Source of the DNA: Phoronis australis
Taxonomy: Eukaryota; Animalia; Phoronida
DNA: 64,000 nucleotides
NCBI GenBank assembly: GCA_002633005.1
Contig: NMRA01000083.1
Span: 136,896 to 200,895 of the forward strand
Direction of reading: 5' to 3'
How positions within the stretch are numbered: position 1 is the first letter of the stretch; each line of letters starts with the position of its first letter. A program made the position numbers and the translations under genes. Below are positions 28,101 through 40,100 of the stretch, piece after piece. A model generated the notes under the pieces. The model had not been told where the DNA came from, searched no databases, and saw only the letters and a program-made list of their open reading frames with translations.

Positions 28101-31100
28101 CTCCTTTGGGATCTTTCCTGAAGTGTTATGTGCAATCACTAGCTTAGAAGTCCTAGATGTGTCTTTCAATCAATTGACAAGGGTGCCAGATAGTATAACT
28201 AAGTTGTGCAAGTTGAGAAATCTCAACCTGGAGAACAACTCCTTCAGGAGGATACCGCCTTATCTGACAACGATGACCTCATTGACTGAACTTCAAACGG
28301 CTGGCAATGGGTTGACTCACTAAATTGACAGCAGTACACAGTTTTAGGATTAAGAGCATTTTTTGATGCCGTTTTAAGGCTACTGTTCTGGTGTCTACAC
28401 TAAGGCCTTTTGGCCACAAACCTTACGAGAGATATTACTGACTTCAACTTAAAAACAAATGAAACTGATATTAACTTAAACAAAGGACCCACAACAAGTT
28501 CGTGGATTCTTTGTAGAAATTCACTTTAAATGACACCACTTCAGATGTGTCTTAGATTTAATAATTTGCAAATATGGGCCCATACTGAGAGTAATATCAG
28601 GTCATATGGACCAAAGCATGGCACCATTGCTTTCCCAAGGTCCATATTACCCGATAGACCCAAAATATCGGTCTATTTTTTTGTTTTTTTACGCTTGTTT
28701 CTTGATTTTTCATCTCTTGTTATGTTTGTTCATCATCTCCTCGCTTCGTGGACACGCTCTATGGTTTCTACAGCGTCTGATGGATGAAAACTGCCAATAA
28801 CAACATCTGAAGTTTGAACAGCATGAATCAAAAGTGATATTCCACGGCCAACTTGGTCAATATTAACGTATAACGGAAGTTATTGTACTCCATTCTAGCC
28901 AATCAGAGAACTGAAGTATCAATACTTGTGTAATAACACAAAGTATTACACTCAATAAGTTCCTATTAATCTCTAATCCTGCTGTTTAATGTATTATTTT
29001 GAATGTCTGACATTCAAGAAACCTTCAATAAAAGGTTGAAATCAACTGATGAGACACAACGCACCAAGCAACCTTCACCTTGACACTCTAGACAACTTTA
29101 CATTTGTCCATCTTAATAATCAATTTTAGCAATCGGGGATCACGGGACCATTTTTCTAAAGGTGGTACACCTGTTGAAAACAAGAACACTGTTGTAGCCA
29201 CGTTACTGTGACCGCGATGCTGGTTTTTAACAAAGACATGTTGCAACTAACCTAAATTCTCCCATATATTGTATCGACTCTCAACAGCTACCTTGAGTTC
29301 ATAAACGTCCTAATTCACTGAATGTCAGTAAAACTGTAGGATAAGATGGTCCTAGCTACGGCTCGGCGTGTCTCCATTGATAGAACAGGTCCCTGACCTG
29401 TCACCACCATAGTTCAACTTAATTAGCATTTTGACTCGCAAGAATTTTAGACTTCATCACAATGCCACAATCTAAACAGGCTTTGATGGTGAACCAATGC
29501 TCATGAGAGTCTGGCCTTTGTACTGAATGTAAGGGAACAACTGATATCAACTCCATCACTTATTTTGTTCAACACAGAATACTGGTTCATCTTGAACTAC
29601 ATTCAATTGATTTCAATTCGAGTATTTAATCCACACCGCTGCTGGTATTCTTTTCAATGCCCTTTGGGACGGTTGTCGGTTCGTAAACATCTGCTGATAT
29701 CACAGATGTCACAGATCCACTGCAGCATGCTTTTTGGTGCGAGACGACTAATCAATCTTGATTCAAAAATAAAAGATTGAAAGTGAATCTCTAAATGCAT
29801 TAAATGCAATTAAATAGATTAGTCTTTTGCGCATAAAATTCTTAAGGCACATGCCATCCGATCACCGTGAGGTCAAGTATCACCAATGAAAACACTAATT
29901 ACAAATCAGGTTATAAGATCACAAGCCATCTGCAATGTCACCAGCTTCTTTAAGAGCCAACAACCATCCCACAATGCACTTGCTGCTGATGACATCCCAC
30001 AAACCAAAAGAAACAGCTTTGTCCTTTTTAAATGTATCAGGCCAGTCTCCAGTCAAGCCAAGATTCAGGCTCGTTAACCTGACTCAGAGCCAGATCACTT
30101 ACCTCCAGATTGTTAGGCAGATCTATGTCTTCAGTCTGCAACTGTTGAGCGTGCTTGGAGTGGAGGCCAATCAGCTCATCATTGTGTCTTTGTAACCGTA
30201 GTAACTGTAAGCAAGATATAATTTATCAAAGGCAGTCACAGACTGGACATCAGTTGCAGGGGAGTCGGATCAGTACAGATTCAAATAAGATGTCAAGCAG
30301 GTCATACTGAAAGTTATACGAGTGACCTTTATTTTCAACATCATGACTAAAATTTGTTGGTATATATTTACAACAACCTAGTCATAATGTTACTACATCA
30401 CCACCTCAAAGTGGCTTCATTTTTAGTTTTCAATTCCCTTATCAATGAAGTCAGTGCAAAACATACTTAATACACAAGCAACACCTAGTGCAGAAAAGCA
30501 CAACGCATTTTAGCACCTTGTTCATGACCAAAACAGAATATATGAACTGTGCTCAATTCTTTGAAAAAGAAATCTCTGGTCTTACTAGCCAAATAACCTC
30601 TCTATTCAAGGCATCCACTTCAATAATTCTGGTGTCTACTTTTGGTGTCTACTTTAAGACACTGCAATGCCTTTCAAACCCTTTGCAGCATTAATAAGCT
30701 CATGTCGAAAGAGCGGATCTCAAGCTGCTTCAAATCAAGGTTGAGGCGACAAAGAAAACTGACCAAGCGACCGGTAAACTCCACGTGGTCCCTGGTGTAA
30801 ACTGTATAGAATTAAAGGCACAAACTCGCCACAAGGGTCTCGTACCAAAATATTAACCACGACAAGGGTTCTTAAGATTACGTAGGACCTCATCGACTTG
30901 TCGATGTATTTAGAAAAATATCTTCAAAAAAGAATGGTACATCCATAGCAAAATAACAGTATCAATAACATGATAACAATAGCAACAACATGATAACAGT
31001 ATCAATAAAATGACAAAACTTCATTTGATATAAATGTTCAAGGTGAAATCTCAGAAATGCTGATACAGTTTTCTACATTATCATTTCGTTTTCGTTTTAT

Positions 31101-34100
31101 GAATTTTTTGATTTTTTCACGAAAATTGTGTCCTATTTTGTGATAGCCCCTCATGCAAACGGGGAATGTTTTAAAAACAAATTTTTCCTAACAGCATTTT
31201 ATAGAACAGTTCATAAAGCTGAAAGTTTCGTATGAATCCAACCGGCCATTTTTTGAGATAGGATGTCAAATTTGAACAATTTTTTCTAGGGTCCTACATA
31301 ACCTAGGGGGAAACAATCGTTTTTTGAATATATGTTTAGCAAAAATACAAATCGCTAGTTATCCTGGAAAAACACTTCTCCGCATTACTTATTGTTCCCC
31401 TGGAATGTATCTATTAGCCATGGAACAAACAAGTGACTTAAACAAACAACACGAATCTTGGTTCTGTGTTCACTCCATTGATCACACACAAAGTTCTACT
31501 CACTATTGAACACAGTCTGTGCAGCTCATTCGTGTTTGGTCAGAGCAAGTGATTGCAGAACCAAGATGTCGACCCCATGTAGGACTGTTTGTGTTACTTT
31601 CTATTCTTTTACGGATAGTACATACTCGCCAACGGAATGGTAATAAACAGAGAAATGTCTCCACAAGATAAGCAGGGATCTGCATTTTTACGAAAAGTAA
31701 TATCAAAACCGGTTGCTTTCCCCTGATGGTGCATTTAGCTTTAAGGCAAGCCGCGCAATCAAAACCCATAAGAATCCAAGTAACCAATCACTCCTAACCC
31801 TTCCCAAGACTGTCTCACCTCCTTGTTGACGTCCTCCCGTCCAGCAGTTAAATTCGACTGAAACACAATAACAGCAGGAGTTCAAAAGAAATAGCATTTA
31901 TTTAAATTAACTTCAGAGTCTGACACAAACTAAGGATATACAAAAAAAGAACTATATAGTATCATTTGAAACTTTCGTGGAGATCCTAATGAAGCTTAAG
32001 ACTAGTTATCGAGTGCAATGCTGCTCACTCAGTCTGCTAATAATAAAATAGTATCCAAACTTTGTCTGACATGACTGGCAAAACAAAAATGTTATTCAGT
32101 GTTTTGGTATGCAGACATTTTTGCTATCACTGTATCAGTGCTAACAGTCACAATAATAACAACTGATCATCAAATATTTTTACTAAAGACACAAAATCTT
32201 GTAATTGTTCCAACAGTGCAAAACACTAAAGAAGGCGTTTATTCACCCACCCAGTTGGAAAGCCTATACATATGCAATATTACACACTTTCCTCATGGTT
32301 CATGATAAACGATGTAAACATCACGGCTGCAAACTGGTTTGTAAGACTGATACGCCAACGACACAATGCAAGTGATAAAATGGGTAATAGTCTGATATAA
32401 CGAGCCTGCATTTTGAGAACCACTTTTCTCCACTGAATAACAGGCATCAACTGGTTCTCAAAATGCAGGCACATTATACCATACTATTGCTACAAAATGC
32501 ACACTCTTACCAGCTGTTCAGTCATCTCTTGTTGAAGACCAGAATACAAGGTCTGGAGCTCCGACACTGTCTTCCCAGACGTAAGAACTTTGAAACTCAG
32601 ATCTGTAATCTGTAAGAAATAACAAAGTTGTACAATAACTTCTCTAAAACACAAGGAAATAAATACCAAGCATGGCATGTGCCATTAAAATGTATGTGTA
32701 TACGACATTGTTCAGAAATACATAACTAACACTGTACGTGTATACAACATTGTTCAGAAATTCATAACAAAAATTGCACAAGTCAGTTTCTCTACTCACT
32801 ATATTTAACTTAGAAACTAAAGTGTCCTAATACCCAAATAACATCCCATCAAAACTACTATTTGTGTTGACTTTGACCCATAACCTGTCTGACAACATCT
32901 TGATATGTAACCAAGCATTCATGCTTATAACCAACTGTGTTCATTTACACTAGTTGTCTTTAAATATTGTATCTTCTACGGGCATAGGAAAAGTTTAGTC
33001 AAATAATACTGTACACCCTTGTTTAAAAATGCAATAAGAACCACCAAAGGCATTCAAGATGAGTGCCTCAAAATTTCACAAGTATTGTTAACCACTGATT
33101 CAGAACACAACAATACTACGCCATCGGCCTCTCACCTGTTTTTGAGCGTCCTCCGCCGCATTCTTCAGACTACCTTCCAGATCGTCCCTCTCCTTCTTCA
33201 AACGCTCCACCATTGTCCGCTCTAGCTCCAGCTCCTTCTGACAGGACTTCAAACTATCAGCCACATCCTTCTGTTCATTCTGCACTTCCACCAGTTGTGC
33301 CTCATAGTTGCTGCACATGTCGCACGTCCTACCGAGCTTCGTCCTAGCTGAATGCAGCTAAAATGCACAGAATGTGACTGTAATCATTACTATTCACTGG
33401 CTAACACTATATTTAATGTATCTACATGATGCCAGCCGACTAGCAAATCACAAGCACGTCACTTCAAAAAGATATTATCCGTCAGAAAAGGGATACGTAA
33501 GCTTAGCTTCAGTGTGGAATCGAACCTTCAATCTGGCCATTGCAGTCTAACGCTCTGCTACCGGAGACCAGACACACTGAATAAAAGGCAAAGTATCTTA
33601 AGGTTGTGTAGAACCTTAGGAAAAATTCTGAATTTGCATAACTTCGGAACATCATATCTCAGAAACAGTTGATCGGATAAAAGTGAAACTTTCAGATACC
33701 ATAGGAATTGCTTTTAAAATGTTACACTATTGCAGGATGGGCAACAAAATTAGGACTTTTATGATTTTCATGAAAAAACTATAAAAATTTGTACAAAACA
33801 AAAACAAAATAATTTTGACAACTGTAACACCGTTTTTGAGATTTCATCTTTAACATTTACATCAAACGAAATTTACCCACAATCTTCATCGCATTGTTTT
33901 CATATAAATGTACCTTTCTACTAAAAAATGTTTGGTCATGTGTTCCAATTAAAGGCAGGCTGGTATATAGTCAAAAATCAAATTCTTCAGGCTTTTAACT
34001 TTAAGAATACATTCTTTTGATTTAAAGTCTTTAGTTTTGAAGTTAGCTGAACACACGGATTTGTGGATAAAGCTGTTGGCTACACAATCTTATGCATATT

Positions 34101-37100
34101 TAACAGGTAAAGTCAACAGTGTTGAATTCAGCAAATGTCTGGCAGGCAATGGCGAGAAGTTACATTTTGTAACAAAATATAAAAATAGATTTTGTTGTTT
34201 TATAGTTCAGGCAAAAGTTAATAACTTCAAGAAGTCTAACCCATCCAACACTAATCTCAAAAATGCATTTTTTGTCCATAGAATCAATAATATGCTTTGA
34301 TACTGCCCAATGACTGGGTTAGATTTAGCCAGTAGACTGACCAGAGGTAAACCAAGAATGCTTTATGTCCTTCCTCACAAATCTGTCCAAGCAAGACGAG
34401 TCTAGACTTCTTGAATGTCAAGTCAAATTTACGCATCAACTAATTACTTGTTTGAATGACAAACATCCCATTTTACTTATTTACACAATATGTCAATCTT
34501 CCTACCACACAGTTCGTTAAGTGGCACGACATTAAAGATAATTACGTAGACTAGAGACAGCTGACATTAAAACTAACTACAGCTGACATAACATTAAAAA
34601 TAGCAACCACATACTTTTAAAGACATGGTGAGTGTGAAAAGAATAAATCTTACACAAATTCAGAAATAGAGGTAATTTCTGCCACATCCCAAATGACGTC
34701 ATCATCTTGCACAGCACAAACCAAACAATGTTTTTAAGGTCTCATGCAGGATTTTCATTCAGGTGTAAATCAAAATTAAGTGTGTTATCGCTCACACCAC
34801 CAACAATGAAAAGTGTGTGTGGTGCATTTATTAGAAATCTGACAAAAGAATTATTACTTTTTCCATAATTACTGTAAAAACAAAATAGTTTTTACAGTGA
34901 TAAAAGTGAAAGTGGAAAAATATCATTTTACCTATTGAAGGAAAGAGGAGAAACGAAAAATATGATAAGGACGCCATTCTAGATCCGTTTTGAGTTTGGA
35001 CAGTCAAACAAAAGCAACTGGGGCAAAACTCGGTAACTTGATACTAACTCACACAAGGCTTATTGATTATGGACAATACTGCTGGAGACTAACCAACTGT
35101 AAGGAAATGCACTGGTGAGACAAGGGAATCCTGAGACAGAGTTAGGACAGTGAAGTTAGGAGTTTGGCAACAGTGTCAAACAAAATTAAAACCAACTGTG
35201 ACACAGAAAACTATAGAATGAGATACACAACAGATCAAACCTTTAGGTTCTTAACTGTCATCCTATCACTATCTTTCACTGAGCCTGTACTCGCCTAAAG
35301 CATAACACAGTAGCTGATTGGTACAAAGACAACTGAGCAGAATGCATACAAGTAAATATCGGTGCGCTGCAAACAGAGGCACTAGAGGTGTGCTTTCTTA
35401 CAAGACATTAATTTAATTGGCCTTGGTTTCCACTGAACTCTGACTGCTCCTAGGGTTTAAACAATTGCCAGCAAATACGATACAATTTTTCATCAAAGAC
35501 AATGTCGACAATTAAAATCGTACCATGTGTGCTGGCTTTCAGCAAGCCATAGCCACATGTTACTAAGACTTAGGGACTATTCAGTTGCCACATGTTCCAA
35601 AAGCCATTTCTTCATCGTTTACCTACTTCACTAATTAACAAGTAAAGCATGCAGAGACAAGCTCTTAAACATGTAGCAACAGTTCAAGAAGTCCTTGAAA
35701 GCAATAGACTGAAAAGGCAAGGCTTTCAAACAAATACTGAATATTGTTTCTGCTTGCTTTTATTTAGACAACCATGTCACTGAGCTTGTAGGACCAAACC
35801 AAACTGGCTTTTCTACTGGTTGCTATGGTGCACGAGTGAAAGTATATTGAGATGCACAAAATAATCATTTGATCCCTAGTTGTCACCACTGGTCACCTGC
35901 TGACCACCCACTGACCACCACTCACTTCCTGTTGTAGCATGAGCCATTCCTTCTCGCTGACCATCCTACGTCCATCTAATAGACCATCATCCACTGCTGG
36001 CTGTCGGACACTCGCCACGAGGGACTTACTCTCTTCTGACTCTGGAGTCGGGGCTGAAAGGAACATAACTGACAGTGTGACAGAGGAAAGCTGTGCCACC
36101 TTGTGAAAGGGTATCTACACCCAAATGTGAAGGTCCTGCTTTCAATTACCGCTTTACCACACAGCTGGACCTTCGAGCCAGGACTCACAGCTCCACAGCT
36201 CACCCTCAGTTGTACAAAACGTACCGTTGACGAAAAATTATTTGCAGGTCAGGTAATAGTCTAAACTGTACGACACCCTGTTCCACATATTAAGAGCCTT
36301 CTAAAATCTCAAAAACAACATTAACTGATGCCTTATGCCGATTTTCAAATATTCCAAGTGAACCACAGTCAAGCATGATACGTTGATCACCTGACCTTAG
36401 CTGGCATAATTTCTGCTCTATAATTATGGAGACTCTGATCCAGCTCTGCCTTTTTACTGGTAGCACATTTGCAGCACCCACCTGTAATGGCTCTGTGTTG
36501 AGCTTCTGTCAATCCAGGTACACTGATCACTTTGTCAGGACTGATCCTGGCTAACATGCCCTCAGCACTGTTAATAGAGATTCTATCTGAATCGTCCTCA
36601 TTCACTTGCAGCGTGTTTGTAGTTGATACAGTGGGGATGTCCGTGAAGTTTGCCTTTTGGAAGGCACCAAACAGGTCCTCAGACTTGACACTTGGTTCAC
36701 ACTCATCAACAGTAACCTATTAGGTAAAAAGACAAATGAGTAAACATTATATTAAATAAAATACTTAGGCCACTTCATTTGTGATCAGTAAGAGAGAGAA
36801 ACATGTAACTACAGATATCACGTATACAGGTTCTACTGCTATTGTGACCAAAAACCAGAATTTTATTTGCTCAGCTCCTTGCTATCAGTTTACAGCACAT
36901 TAATAGAAGACACAGGTTGTTCCATGAGTTTTGTTTTAACGCAAATATTAGTGCAAAACTCCAGTAATGTACGTTTGCTTCAAGATAGCACATTGAAACT
37001 ATCGGGCAGTAAATTTTCAAAACGTTTGAGAATCAGCAAAACGTTTTGACTTCGTTCGAGGACAAAATTCCCATGTTATTTGTGTTTTTCCAAACTGGCT

Positions 37101-40100
37101 CATGCTCATAATGACACGTGACTAACTGAGTGCCTTAGGTGAGACAGGTGAGACAGTACCTCCACCATACGGCTGGTCTCCTCCGTCTCACAGTTCTGCT
37201 GTTCTGCCTCAGCCTGCCGCTGGCGCTCTTGTAAATCTTTCACCAATTTCTCTTGGGCTTCCCTTTCAAGATCTTTCTTCTGTAACTCTGCAAACACATC
37301 ACATAGTCCTCAAATGAACTGATGAGAAACCAACAAAGATCAAGTATGTAAAATCAAAACATAAATCAGAATGATTCCAACGAGTTTGGGACAGTCAAGT
37401 ATTTCCAAGTAAGTTGTAGAGAATTACAGTGAGTGCATTTTCATTCGTTCAACTGTCCAAAAAGTCAAAATCAAAAATTGTCCTCCCACTCCTAAAAAAT
37501 TGCTCTAAAGTAATTCCTTACCATGTTTCCTTACCATGACATAACTTCCTTCAGCACAGCTTCAACTAAATTACAGATTATCTCTCAGGTTTAGTTGAAT
37601 GTTGAAACCAATGATCTCATGGCAAGGACACTTGTAAGTCCACCATCATACTTGGCTGCATTAGCAGCTGATTTTGCAGAGACAGGATACACTTCACTCC
37701 CTCCCCTTTCCACTTTGCTTCCACCCCACACACTCACCAGACATCTGCCGCAGCTGCTGCTGCCAAGACAGGATACACCTCACTCCCCACCTACTTCATG
37801 CCACACCACCATACTCACCAGATATCTGCCTTTGTTGTTCTGTAGAGAGAACACTCTCCATTCGCCTCATGTCCATCATCATGAGACGCTGTGACTCTAG
37901 GAACTGGTCATTGGCCATTTGCCATGTGACCTTCAGATCCCGATGGGCCTTCCGCTCTACCTCAAGAAGGGCACACACTAAAATAGTAACAAAACTAACA
38001 GACCTGATGACATTCATTACATTGAAGCTAACACAGCACGCTAGTCAACATTGAAATACACACAGCACGCTAGTCAACATTGAAATACACACAGCACGCT
38101 AGTCAACATTGAAATACACACAGCACGCTAGTCAACATTGAAATACACACAGCACGCTAGTCAACATTGAAATACACACAGCACGCTAGTCAACATTGAA
38201 ATACACACAGCACGCTAGTCAACATTGAAATACACACAGCACGCTAGTCAACATTGAAATACACACAGCACGCTAGTCAACATTGAAATACACACAGCAC
38301 GCTAGTCAACATTGAAATACACACAGCACGCTAGTCAACATTGAAATACACACAGCACGCTAGTCAACATTGAAATACACACAGCACGCTAGTCAACATT
38401 GAAATACACACAGCACGCTAGTCAACATTGAAATACACACAGCACGCTAGTCAACATTGAAATACACACAGCACGCTAGTCAACATTGAAATACACACAG
38501 CACGCTAGTCAACATTGAAATACACACAGCACGCTAGTCAACACTGAAATACACACAGCACGCTAGTCAACACTGAAATACACACAGCACGCTAGTCAAC
38601 ACTGAAATACACACAGCACGCTAGTCAACACTGAAATACCCAAAACTTAAAGAGCTCAGTATTATTCAGTGAACAATGTGTTCACCCATAGTGAACTATG
38701 TGTTCACCCATACTCGAAAAACTTGTTCAAGGACAAACTATGCCATACAGCACAATAATAAACTTTAGCAATTCAATGGCTAATTGTTGACAATCTACAA
38801 AGTGCCAGAAACTGCAGATATTTTGTTCAACAGTTCGCTTCAAATCAGTAAACGCTCAATACCTTCATGCAGCTCAGTTCGCAGTTTGTCCGTATCCTCA
38901 GATAGTGCCCTCTTCTGGGTATCTAATACAGCCACATACATCTCAAGATCGGTCCGTGATGACTTCTCTGCTTTTAATGTTGTACTCAACTCCTTAAGCT
39001 TAAAACACAAAAACATCCCCAGAACATCACGTCTAACATCCATTGGTTTATTTACGCCAACCTCTAGCCTATTCATATTGGCAAAATTTTGGTTAGTCAT
39101 TTCTCCAGCCATCTTCAGGTGTTATGACGTTCCCTGAAGAACAAACCTCTCTGTGGTACACCCTCGGTAGTCAACCAACAATATTTTTCAAAATTTTGTA
39201 ACTTTTTCTTGTAGCAAAGTGGGATTTAAACTGAGGACCTTTTGTTAGTCAGTCCAGCACTCTAACTACTACACGACGAAGTCTTTCTAAACGAGACTTT
39301 AAACAGTCTTGTGGTTAGAGTGACAGATTGTCAACCAAATGTCCTCAGTGCTGATGACCATGAGTGCACCATACATCTAATGCTCATTCTTCTAAGAACG
39401 AAATAACACCTAAAAATGGCAGAAGAAACCATCGCCCAAAACCTGATGCCAATGTATAAAGACTAAAGAGTGGTGTAAACAGACTGAAAGATTTTAGAAT
39501 TGATGTTAATACATCACTGCCTCAAAGTGGTTTAACTGAGTTGGAAGACTGGTTACATAAGTGGCTATTTGTATTTCAGCAACATTTAACAACGCAGGGG
39601 ATGTATGGTCCCCTACAGTCAACTAGAGGCCAAAAGAAATAACACGTTCTCCTGTCTGAATTTCTCTACATCAGTGAAGTTTCTGATTCCTTGGGACTCT
39701 TGTCCATCTACATGTCTTTGATTCAATCTTCAGGCAGTGTGGTGAGTTGCAAGCGCAAGAGACCTCCACTCATGCTTGGTAATATCCCATGTAGACCGTA
39801 TCAAACCCAGAGCGAGGCTGGGTTCAGGGTTACATAATTATGTTGAAAATTAGTTTTGAGCGGACAATCTTTTTACACGAAATTTGAACACATTTAAGTT
39901 AGGTGAGTTGTGGGGATGCGAATATGTACAAGACATTCCACAACTTTTCCCATTGGACTTTTGTAAGCCATTGTCAAGTCTCCACGGGTCGCGAGATACC
40001 AGCTTGGGAATACATCNTGAAATACACACAGCACGCTAGTCAACATTGAAATACACACAGCACGCTAGTCAACATTGAAATACACACAGCACGCTAGTCA

